Source of the DNA: Lama guanicoe
Lineage: Eukaryota
Direction of reading: 5' to 3'
Length of the DNA: 64,000 nucleotides
NCBI GenBank assembly: GCA_013239625.1
Contig: MU053094.1
Location: forward strand, 3,842 to 67,841
Positions 52,145 to 64,000 of this stretch are shown here, piece by piece (the stretch's first letter is position 1; every line of letters begins with the position of its first letter). Below the pieces are notes generated by a model. The model saw only the letters and a list, made by a program, of their open reading frames with translations, searched no databases and had not been told where the DNA came from. A program made the translations under genes and the position numbers.

Positions 52145-55100
52145 CACATGTATTCCCAGGTTGTGGGTTTTTGGTTAATAACCTCCACATCCCATGGAGA
52201 AGCAGTCGCTAATATTTGCTTTTTGAGCCCAACCCCCAATTTCCCCCGCACTCCGTATCAGGCAACCAAACAGGGAAGTCAAATTAAGCGATTTTATTAG
52301 AGCCCAGGCCCTGCTGTCTGTTGGAGGAGGCTGCCCACACTCAGAATAGAAGAACACTTCATCGTTTGTGTGCTGGAGGTGGGGAAACAGAGTCCAGGCA
52401 TCTTTCAGGTGGCACTTGTATTCCCACGTTGCTGGTTGTAGGTAAAATTTCTTATATTCACATATAGATGCTTTGGCTAATACTTGGTGTTAGAGCCGAA
52501 ACCCCACATTCCCCTGCACTCGAGCCTAGGCAAACCATCAGGAAAGGCAATTTAAGGGATTCAAGTAGAACAAAAGCGCTGCTGAAATTTGGAGGAACTT
52601 CCCCACACTCAGGATTCCGGAACCCAACATTGTGTGGCAGGGAGATGTGGAGCCACAAACCAAGTAGTTGAATGGGGTCAAACTTGTTCCCATTGAGGGG
52701 GAAGTCTTTTAAATACTTCCACATTCCATCGGGGGGCAGTTGCTGCTATATGGCCTCCAATCCAAACTCCCATCTTTCCCTATCAGCCCGGCCTAGGGAA
52801 ACACTCAAGGAATACAAGCTAAGTGATTCTATTAGAACCCAGGCACTGCTGTCATTTGGAGGAGCCTCCGCACAATCAGGATACCTGAGCACATCTCCGT
52901 GTGTGTGCTGGAGGAGGGGAAACAGTGTCCAAACATCTTTATGGGGGCACAGGTGTTCCAAGGTTGGGGAAGTAGTTTAAAACCTTCCACTGCCCACAGA
53001 GATGCACTCGCAAATACCTGGCTTTACACCCAATCCCCCACTTTCGCTCACTGCAAGGCCTAGGAAATCACATACGGAAGTCAAGCTAAGGGAATCTATT
53101 AGAACCCAGGTGCTGCTGTCAGTTGGAGGAACCTCCCCACACTCAGAACCCCAGAACATATCTTCGTTTGTGTACTGGATGTAGGGAAACAGAGTCAAAG
53201 CATCTTTCAGTGGGCACAGTTGTTCCATAGTTGTGGGTTGTAGGTTAAACACCCACATCCCATGGATAGGCTCTCGCTAATACTTGTTTTAGAGCCCAAT
53301 TCCAACCTTCCTTTCACACATCAGACATGGCAAGCAATCATGGAAGACAAGTTAAGGTATTATATTAGAACCCATGTGCTGCTGTTAGTTGGAGGAATCT
53401 CCCGACACTCAAGACATCTGAACCCGTTTTTGTGTGTGTGCTGGAAGAGGGAAACAGAGTCCACGCATATTTATGGGAGCACAGGTGTTCCCAAGTTGCG
53501 GATATACTTCAACCACCTCCACTGCCTAAGGAGAGGAACTCGCTAATACTTGGTTTTAGAGCCCAAATCCAACTTTCAACCACACTCTGGCCTACGCAAA
53601 TCATCAGGGAAGACAAGAAAAGGGATTCTATTAAAACCAAGACTGATGTCACTTTGAGGAACTACTCCACCCTCAGGATTCTGGAACACAACCTTGTGTT
53701 GTGGGGTGGTGTGGAGCCCCAATCCACGCAGATGAATGGGAGCTCAGGTGTGTCCATTTCGGGGGAATTCCTCTAAGAATTTCCTCTGTCCATCAGGGGG
53801 TACTCGCTGCTTCTTGGACTCCAAGCCCAACCCCCAGGTTTCCCTCATGGTCTGGCCTAAGGAAACAATAATGGAACACAAGCTAATGGATTCTAATAGA
53901 ACCCAGGTGTTTCTGTCATTTGGAGTAGCCTCCCCATGCTCAGGATACCAGAATACTTCTTCGTGTGTGTGCTGTTGGTGGAGAAACAGAGTCCACGCTT
54001 ATTTCAGTGTCACAGGTATTCCCTTGTTGGCTTTGTTGGTTAAACACTTCCACTTCCCATGGAGAGGCATTCAGTTATACTTGGATTAAGAGACCAAATC
54101 CCACTTTCAACCACACTTCGGCTTATGCAATCCATCAGGGAATGAAGCTTAAGAATTCTACTAGAACATTGGCACTGATGTCAGTTGGAAGAACTTTCCA
54201 CTCTCAGGATTCTGGAAGCCAGACTTGTGGAGGGGTGATTTGTGTAACCCCACTCCACGCAGCTGGATGTGGGCACAGGTGTTCCCCTATAGGGAGAATT
54301 CATCTAAATACTTCCTCAGTCCATCGGGGGGCACTCGCTACTTTTTGCCCCAAAGCCCAACCCTCATCTTTCCCTCAGAGCCAGGGCTAGGGAAACACTC
54401 AGGGATTACAAGCTAAGGGATTCTATTAGTACCCAAGCACTGCTGTCAGTTGAAAGTGCTGGCCCACACTCAGGATACCTGAACACGTCTTTGTGTGTCT
54501 GTTGGATGTGGGGAAACTGAGTCCATGCATCTTTATATGGGCACAGTTATTCCCAGGTAAATGATGTAGTTTAAACACCTTCACTGCCCATAGATAGGCA
54601 TTGGCTATTACTTGGCTTTAGAGCCCAACCCAGATATTCGCTCAACCCGGCCTTAGGAAAACACTCAAGTAAGTCAAGCTAAGGAATTCTATTAGATCCC
54701 TAGTGCTGCTGTTAGTTGGAGGAGCCTCCCCACTCTCAGGAAACCAGAACACGTCTTCATAATTGTGCTGGCAGTGTCGAAACAGAGTCCACGCAATTTT
54801 ATTGAGGCATAGGTATTTCTTGGATGGAGGATGTTGGTTAAACTCCTCCACATCCCATTGATAGGCAATCGCTAATACTTCATTTTAGAGCCCAACCTCC
54901 AATTTCCCCCGCACTCCTGGCAGGTCATGCCATCACAGAATACAAGCTAAGGGATTATATCGAACCCAGGTGCTGTGTCACTTGAGGAACTTCACAAATC
55001 TCAGGACTCCAGAGACTCTCTTGTGTGTGGGGGAGGTGTGCAGTCCCAATCCACGCAGATGAATGGTGACACAAGTGTTCCCCTGTAGGGGAGTTCCCTA

Positions 55101-58100
55101 AGTACTTCCTCAGTCAATCGGTTGGCACAAGCTGCTACTTGGCCTCCAAGCCCAAACCCCAGCTTTCGCATGCAGCCTAGCCTAGGGTTACACTTAAGTA
55201 ATGCAAGGTGAGATATTCTATTACAATGCAGGCACTGCTGTCAGTTGGAGGAACTTCCATACACTCAGGATTACCGATCCCTGCCTTGTGTGTGGGGGAG
55301 TTGTGGAGGCCAAGTCCACGCAGGTAAATGGGGGCACAGGTGTTCCAATTTAGTGTGAAATCCTCTAAGTACTTCTTCAGTAAATCGGGGGGCACTCGTT
55401 GCTACTTGGACTTCAAGGCCAACCCGCAATTTCCCCCACACTCCACCCTAGGCATGCCATCAGGGAAGACATGCTAAGGGATACAATAAGAACCCTGGCG
55501 CTGCTGTCATTTGGAGGAGACTCCCCACACTCAGGATACCTGTGCAAGTCTTTGTGTGTGTGCTGGTGTTGGGGATACATATTCCACGCAACTTTATGGG
55601 GGCATAGATTTTCCCAGGGAGGGAAATTATTTTACTTTCCTCCACAGCCCATTGAGAGGCACTCGCTATTACTTGGCTTAGAGCCCAACCCCCCACTTCG
55701 TTCCCAGCCCGTTCTTGGAAAACACTCAGGGAAGTCACCTAAGGGATCCTATTAGATCCCAGTTGATGCTGTCAGTTGGAGGTGCCTCCTCACACTCAGG
55801 ATACAAGAACACTCCTTCATTTGTGTGCTGGAGGTGGGGAAAATGAGTCCATTCATTTTTCAAAGAACTCATGTATTCCCAGGTTGTGGGTTTTTGGTTC
55901 ATAACCTCCACTTCCCATGGAGAAGCAGTCATAAATATTTGCTTTTAGAGCCCAAACCCCACTTTCCCCCACACTCCGTATCAGGGAACCAAACAGGGAA
56001 GACAAGTTAAGTGATTTTATTAGAACCCAGGCACTGCTGACATTTGAAGGAGCCTCCACACTATCAGGATACCTGAGCACGTCTCCGTGTGTGTGCTGGA
56101 GGTGGGGAAACAGAGTCCTCTCATCTTTATGGGGGCACAGGTGTTCCAAGGTTGGGGAAGTTGTTTAAAACCTTCCACTGCCCACAGTGACGCACTCGCA
56201 AATACCTGGCTTTACACCGCATCCCCCACCTTCTCTCACTGCTAGGCCTAGGAAATCACATATGGAAGTCAAGCTAAGGGATTCTATTTGAACTCAAGTG
56301 CAGATGTCAGTTGGAGGAGACTCCCCACACTCAGGAAACCTGAACAAGTCTTTGTGTGTGTGCTGTTGTTGGGGATACATAGTCCACTTTTCTTTATGGG
56401 GGCACAGGTGTTCCCAAGAATGGAATGTACTTTTAACAACTCCACTACCCTTAGAGAGGCTCTCTCTATTACTTGGCTTTAGAGCCCAACCCCACTTTCG
56501 CTCCCAGCCCATACATGGAAAGCATTCAGGGAAGTCAACCTAAGGGATCCTATTAGATCCAAGTTGCTGCTTTCAGTTGGAGTTGCCTCCCCACACTCAG
56601 GATGCCAGAACACTTCATCGTGTGTGTGCTGGAGGTGGGAAACAGAGTCCATGCATTTTCATGGAGCACAGATATTCCCAGGTTGTTGGTTTTTGGTTCA
56701 TAACCTCCACTTCCCATGGAGAAGCACTCACTAATGCTAGGTTTTAGAGCCCAACCCCCACCTTCCCCCGCACTCTGTATCAGGCAACCAAACAGGGAAG
56801 GCTCGTTAAGTGATTTTATTAGAACCCAGGTGCTGCTGTTAGTTAGATGAACCTCCCCACACTCAAAACATCTGAACGCAATGTCGTGTGTGTCCTGGAG
56901 GAGGGAAACAGAGTCCACAAATATTTATGGGGGCACAGGTGTTCCCATGTTGGAGATATACATTAACCACATCCACTGCCAAAAGATAGGAACTCACGAA
57001 TACATGGTTTCAGAGCACAACCCCCAAGTTCGCTCATACCAGGCCAAGGAATATACACAGGGAATTAAACCTAATATATCCAAATAGATCCCAGGCGCTA
57101 CTGTCAGTTGCAGGAGCCTCCCCACACTCAGGATACCAGAAAACTTCATGTGTGTGCTGGAGTTGGGGAAACAAAGCACACGCAATTTTCAGGGGGCACA
57201 GTTATTCCCAGGTTGTGGGTTGTAGGTTAAACATCTCCAATTCCCATGGAGAGGCACAAGCTGATACTTGGTTTTAGAGCACATATCCCACTTTCAAACA
57301 CACTCTGGCTTAGGCAAACCATCAGGGAAGACAAGCAAAGGGATTCTATTAAAACCAAGACCCTGATATCACTTGGAGGAACTACCCCACCCTCAGTATT
57401 CTCGAACTCAAACTTGTGTGGTGGGGAGGTGTGGAGCCCCACTCCACACAGATGAATGTGTGCTCAGGTGTTTCCCTTTAGGGAGAATTCCACTAAGAAC
57501 TTCCTCAGTCTATTGGGGGGTACTCGCTGCTACTTGGCCTCCATGCCCAACCCCCAGCTTTCTCTCATGGCCTGGCCTAAGGAAACACTCAGGGAAGAAA
57601 AGCTAAGGGATTCTAATAGAACCCAGTTGCTGCTGTCATTTGGAGTAGCCACACCATGCTCAGGATTCCTGAGAAATTTTTCCTCTGTGTGCTGTTTGTG
57701 GAGAAATTGTCCACGCATATTTCAGGGGTCACAGGTATTCCCTTGTTTGGGGTTGTTGGTTAAACACTTCCACATTCCATGGAAAGGCTCTCAATAATAC
57801 TGGGATTTAGAGCCCAAATCCCACTTTGATCCGCACTCCGGCTTATGCAATCCATCAGGGAAGAGAAGCTTAAGGATTCTTCTAGATCTCTGGCTCTGCT
57901 GTCAGTTGGAGGAACTTTCCCACTCTCAGAATACCGGAAGCCAGGCTGATGGGGGTGGGATTTGTGTATCCCCACTCCACGAAGTTGGATGTAGGCACAG
58001 GTGTTTCCCTTTAGGGAGAATTCATCTATATACTTCCTCAGGCCATCGGGGGGCACTCGCTACTATTTGGCCTCAAAGACCAACCCCCACCTTTCCCTCA

Positions 58101-61100
58101 GAGCCAGGCCTAGGGAAACACTCACGGATTACAAGCTAAGGGATTCTGTTAGAACCCAGGCACTACTGTCATTTTGAGGAGCCCCCCCACACTAAGGATA
58201 TCTGAAATTCTTCTTGTGTGTTCTGGAGCTGGGAAAGACATTCCACGCACCTTTATGGGGGCACAGGTGTTCCAAAGTTGGGGATTTGGTTTAAAAACCT
58301 CCACTGCCCATAGAGGGTCACTCGCTAATGCTTGTCTTTAGAGCACAACCCCCACATTCGCTCACAGCCCGGCCTAGGTAAACACACAAGGAAGTCAAGC
58401 TAGCAGATTCTAATAGACCCCAGGTGCTGCTGTCATTTGGAGGAAACTCCCCACATTCAGAATAGAAGAACACACCCTCGTTTGTGTGCTGGAGGTGGGG
58501 AAACAGAGTCCAGGCATCTAAGATGTGGCACATGTATTCTCAAGTTGTTAGATATAGGGAAAATTTCTCAACATTCCATGAAGATGCAATTTTTTTACTT
58601 GGTATTAGAGCAGAACTCCCACATTCCCCTGCACTCCAGCCTAGGCAAACCATCAGGGAAGGCAAGTTAAGGGATTCAAGTAGAACACAAGCGCTGCTGA
58701 GAGTTGGAGGATCTTCCCCACACTCAGGATTCCGGAACCCAACCTTGTGTGGCGGGGAGATTTGTAGCCACGATCCAAGTAGAAGAATGGGGTCACAAAT
58801 GTTCCGCATTAGGGAGAAGTCTTCTAAATACTTCCACATTCCATTGGGGGGGGCATTTGCTGCTACTTGCCTACCAAGCCAAACTTCCAGTTTTCCCTCA
58901 AATCCCGGAGTAGGGAAACACTCAAGAAATACAAGCTAAGGGATTCTAATAGAACCCAGGCGCTGCTGTCATTTTGAGGAGCCTCCCCACAATCAGGATA
59001 TTTGAGCACGTCTCCGTGTATGTGCTGGTGGTAGGGAAACAGAATCCACGCATCTTTATAGGGGCAAAGGTGTTCCAAGTAAGGGGAAGTAGTTTAAAAC
59101 CCTCAACTGCCCACAGAGATGCACTAGCTAAGACTTGGCTTTAGAGCCCATCCCCCACCATCCCTACTGCTAGGCCTAGGAAAACACTTAGGTAAGTCAA
59201 GCTAAGGGATTCTATTAGAACCCAGGTGCTGCTGTCAGTTGGATTAACCTCCCCACACTCAGAACAACAGAACAATTCTTCATGTGTGTGCTGGATGTAG
59301 GGAAACAGAGTCAAAGCATCTTTCAGGGGACATAGTTATTCCATGGTTGTGAGTTGTAGGTTAAACACCCACATCCCATGGATAGGCTCCCGCTAATACT
59401 TGATTTAGAGCCCAATCCCAACTTTCCCCCACACACCCGCCATGTCAAGCCATCATGGAAGACAAGTTAAGGTATTGTATTAGAACCCAGGCGCTGCTGT
59501 TAGTTGGAGGAACCTCCCCAATCTCAAGACATCTGAACCCGATGTCGTCTGTGTGCTGGAGGAGGGAAACAGAGTCCACGCATATTTAAGGGTGCATAGG
59601 TGTTCCCAGGTTGCGAATATACTTTAACCACCTCAAATGCCAAAGGATAGGAACTCGCTAATACTTGGTATTAGAGCACAACCTACAAATTCGCTCACAA
59701 CCCGGCCAAGGAAAATACTCAGGGAAATCAACCTAATGGATCCAAATAGATCCCAGGTGTTACTGTCAGTTGCAGGAGCCTCCCCACATTCAGGATACCA
59801 GAAAACTTCATCTGTGTGCTGGAGGTGGGGAAACAAAGCACACCCAATTTTCTTGGGGCACAGTAATTCCCAGGTTGTAAGTTGTAGGTTAAACATCTCC
59901 AATTCCCATGGAGAGGCACAAGCTGATACTTGGTTTTAGAGCCCAAATCCCACATTCAACCACACTCTGGCCTAGGAAAACCATCAGGGAAGACAAGCAA
60001 AGGGATTCTATTCAAACCAAGACGCTGATGTCAGTTGGAGGAACTACCCCACCCTCAGGATACTGGAACCCAACCTTGTGTGGTGGGGAGGAGGTGTGGA
60101 GCCCCACTCCACACAGATGAATGTGTGCTCAGGTGTTTCCCTTTAGGGAGAATTCCACTAAGAACTTCCTCAGTCTATTGGGGGGTACTCGCTGCTACTT
60201 GGCCTCCATGCCCAACCCCCAGCTTTCTCTCATGGCCTGGCCTGAGGAAACACTCAGGGAAGAAAAGCTAAGGGATTCTAATAGAACCCAGGTGCTGCTG
60301 TCATTTGGAGTAGCCACACCATGCTCAGGATTCCTGAGAAATTTTTCCTCTGTGTGCTGTTTGTGGAGAAATTGTCCACGCATATTTCAGGGGTCACAGG
60401 TATTCCCTTGTTTGGGGTTGTTCGTTAAACACTTCCGCATTCCATGGAAAGGCTCTCAATAATACTGGGATTTAGAGCCCAAATCCAACTCTGAACAGCA
60501 CTCCAGCTTATGCAATCCATCAGGGAAGAGAAGCTTAAGGATTCTTCTAGATCTCTGGCTCTGCTGTCAGATGGAGGAACTTTCCTACTCTCAGGATTCC
60601 GGAAGCCAGACTTGTGGGGGCGGGGATGTGTGTATCCCCACTCCACGTAGTTCTATGTGGGCACAGGTGTTCCCCTTTAGGGAGAATTCAACTACATACA
60701 TCCTCAGTCCATTGGGGGGGACCTCGCTACTATTTAACCTCAAAGCCCAAGCCCCACCTTTCCCTCAGAGCCACGCCTAGGGAAACAGGGAATCCAAGCT
60801 AAAGATTCTATTCGAACCCAGGCTCTGCTGTCACTTGAAAGTTCCGGTCCACACTCAGGATACCTGAACACGTCTTCGTTTGTGTGTTGGATGGGAAAAC
60901 AGAGTCCATGCATGTTTATGGGGGCACAGTTTTTCCCAGGTAGATGATGTAGTTTAAACACCTTCACTGCCCATATAGAGGCACTGGCTTTTACTTGGAT
61001 TTAGAGCCCAACCCCCACTTTCGCTCAAACCTCGGCCTAGGAGAACACTCAAGTAAGTCAAGCTAAGGAATTCTATTAGATCCCTGGTGCTGCTGTAAGT

Positions 61101-64000
61101 TGGAAGAGCCTCCCCACATTCAGGAAACCAGAACATTTCTTTGCACGTGTGCTGTTGATCTGGAAACCGAGTCCACGCATTTTTCTTTGGGCAGAGTTAT
61201 TCCTAGGTTGGAGGATATAGGTTTAACTCCTCCACATCCCATGGATAGGCACTTGCTAATACTTCATTTTAGAGCCAAACCTCCAAATTCCCCCACACTC
61301 CTGGCAGTGTAAGCCATCAGGGAAGACAAGCTTAGGGATTGTATTGAATACAGGTGCTGATTTCACTTGGAGGATCTTCCCAACACTTAGGACTCCGGAG
61401 GCACTGTTGTGTTTGGGGGTGGTGTTCCCCCCGAATCCACGCAGATGAATGGTGACACAGGTGTTCCCCGGTAGGGGAGTTCCCTAAGTACTTCCTCAGT
61501 CAATCCGTTGGCACAAGCTGCTACTTTGCATCCAAGCCCAACCCCAGCTTTTGCTCACAGCCCGGCCTAGGGAAACACTCAGGGAATACAAGCTGATTTA
61601 TTCTATTAGAACTCAGGTGCTGCTGTCAGTTGGAGGAAATTCCACACATTCAGGAATCCAGATCACAGCCTTGTGTGTGTGGGAGTTTTGTAGACCCATT
61701 CCACGCAGATGAATGGGGACACAGGTGTTCCAATTTATGGTAAAATCCTCTAAGTATTTTCTCAGTAAATTGGGGGGCACTCGTTGCTACTTGGACTTCA
61801 AGCCCAACCCCCACTTTCCCCCACACTCCAGCCTAGGCATGCCAACGGGGAAGACAAGCTAAGGGATTCTATTATAACCCAGGTGCCGCTGTCAGTTTTA
61901 GGAGACACCCCACACTCAGGATACCTGTACAAGTCTTTGTGTGTGTGCTGGTGTTGAGGATACATAGTCGAACCAACTTTATGGGGGCACAGGTGTTCCC
62001 AGGGTAAGAATGTACTTTAAACACCTCCACTGCTCATAGAGAGGCAATCGCTATTACTTGGCTTTAGAGACCAACCCCACCTTCGTTCCCAGCTCGTCCT
62101 TGGAAAACACTCATGGAAGTCAACCTAAGGAATCCTATTAGATACCAGATGCTGCTGTCAGTTGGAGGGGCCTCCCCACACTCAGGATACCAGAAAACTT
62201 CTTCATGTGTGTGCTGGGGGTGGGGAACCTGAGTCCATGCATTTTTCAAGAAGCACTGGTATTCCCATGTTGTGGTTTTTTGGTTAAAACCTCCACTTCC
62301 CATGGAGAAGCACTCGCTAATACTTGGTTTAGAGCCCAACCCCCACCTTCGCTCAAAACCCGGCCTAGGAGAACACTCAAGTAATTCAAGCTAAGTAATA
62401 CTATTAGATCCCTGTTGCTGCTGTTATTTGGAGGATCCTCCCCACACTCAGGAAACCAGAAGATTTCTTTGCACGTGTGCTGGAGGTATGGAAACAGAGT
62501 CCACGCATTTTACTTGGGGCACAGGTATTCCTAGGTTGGAGAATGTAGGTTAAACACATCCACATCCCATGGATAGGCACTCGCTAATTGTTTGTTTTAG
62601 AGCCCAACATCCAATTTCCCCCGCACTCCAGGTAGGGCAAGCCATCAGGGAAGACAAGTTATGGGATTGTATAGAACCCATGTGCTGCTGTCACATGGAG
62701 TATCTTCCCAACACTCAGGACTCCAGAGACACTCTTGTGTGTGGGGGAGGTCTGCAGCCCCTATCCCCTTAGATGAATGGTGACACAGGTGTTCCATTTT
62801 AGGGGGGTTTCCTAAGAATATGCTCAGTCAATTGGTTGGCAAAAGTTCATACTTGGCCTCCAAGCCCAAACCCCAGGTTTTGCTCATAGCCTGGCCTAGG
62901 GAAACACTCAGGGAATACATGCTGAGTTATTGTATTAGAACGCAGGCGCTGCTGTCATTTGGAGGAACTTCCACACACTCAGGATTCCGGATCTCAACCT
63001 TGTGTGTGGGGGATGTGTGGAGACCCATTCCATGCAGGTGAGTGGGGGCACAGGTGATTCATTTTAGGGTGAAAACCTCTAAGTACTTCCTCAGTAAATC
63101 AGGGGCACTCAATGCTACTTGGACTTCAAGACCAACCCTCATTTCCCCCACATTCCATCCTAGGCATGCAATCAGGTAAGACAAGCTCAGGGATTCTATT
63201 TGAACTCAGGTGCTGCTGTCAGTTGAAGGAAACTCCCCACACTCAGGATACCTGAACAAGTCTTTGTGTGTGTGCTGGTGTTGGGTATACATAGTCCACG
63301 TAACTTTGTTTCAGCACAGGTGTTCCCAAGGAGGGAATGTACTTTAAACTCCTCCACTGATCTTAGAGAGGCACTCGCTTTTAATTGGCTTTAGAGCCCA
63401 AACCCCATCTTCGCGCACAGCCCGTCCATGGAACACACTCAGGGAAGTCAAACTAAGGGATACTATTAGATCCCAGATGCTGCTGTCTGTTGGAGGTGCC
63501 TCCCCACACTCAGGATACCAGAGCACTTCTTCATGTGTGTGCTGGTGGGGGGGAGAAGAGTCCACGCATTTTTCAATGAGCACAGGTATTCCCAGGTTGT
63601 GGGTTATTGGTTAATACCCTTCACTTCCTATGGAGAAGCACTCCCTAAAACTTGCTTTTAGAGCCCAACCCCCACTTTGCCCCGCACTCCGTATCAGGCA
63701 ACCAAATGGGGAAGACATGTTAAGCGATTTTATTAGAACCCAGGCCCTGCTGTCAGTTTGAGGAGGCTGCCAACTCTCAGGATAACTGTGCAAGTGTTCG
63801 TGTGTGTGCTGGAGGTCTGGAAACTGACTCCACGGATCTTTATGGGGGCACAGGTGTTCCCAGGTTAGGGATGAAGTTTAAACACCTCGACTAACCATAC
63901 AGAGGTACTCACAAAGTCTTGGTTTCAGAGCCCAAAACACACTTTCCCCTGCACTCCCGCCTAGGTATACCATCAGGGAAGACAAGCAAATGGATTCAAT
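52145..64000 (+). repeat. Satellite DNA array, ~266-267 bp monomer; part 2 (~44-45 monomers), same orientation, runs off the window end
   Basis: Same core and monomer classes as part 1, carrying the subdomain-2 variants (e.g. gaagcttaa at 54145, 57866 and 60531). Confidence 0.98.

Noticed and set aside
3574..63793. Hundreds of short ORFs with recurring peptides (LRDSIRTQALLSVGG, MEELPHTQDSG, ECGEAPPTDSS) that resemble a repeat-protein or zinc-finger family
   Set aside because: They are translations of satellite monomers in several frames on both strands, with frequent stops and frameshifts, no preserved frame, and no C2H2 spacing.
3345..64000. CRISPR-like or cassette-array reading (conserved ~50-bp core plus variable spacer)
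   Set aside because: The intervening sequences are homologous to one another rather than unique, the context is mammalian, and no cas, integrase or recombinase gene is present.
3345..64000. Tandem RNA-gene array (5S, tRNA, snRNA) as the repeat unit
   Set aside because: I recognised no 5S, tRNA or snRNA sequence, Pol III A/B boxes or cloverleaf in the monomer.

Overview
This is mammalian (not prokaryotic) genomic DNA at the edge of a large satellite array. Bases 1-~3344 are unique or old-repeat flank. They contain a decayed antisense L1 fragment and one frameshifted but splice-site-flanked exon of an anoctamin gene (ANO6/TMEM16F-like, 2726-2932), i.e. an unprocessed pseudogene fragment. From ~3345 to the window end lies a head-to-tail, single-orientation, GC-balanced satellite with a ~266-267 bp monomer (roughly 220-225 copies by length). 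It has three colinear monomer classes (B, A1, A2), usually ordered B-A1-A2, and irregular multi-kb higher-order duplications. Two subdomains carry different diagnostic variants, with the boundary at ~22-24 kb. A 555-N assembly gap (51035-51589) is followed by a minus-strand ERV2/betaretrovirus-type LTR (51590-52144) inserted into a monomer. Nearly all ORFs in the supplied track are spurious translations of satellite monomers. I see no intact protein-coding gene, RNA gene or CRISPR array. The monomer length recalls a ~267 bp camelid satellite, but that identity is from memory and unverified. All coordinates and alignments were made by eye.
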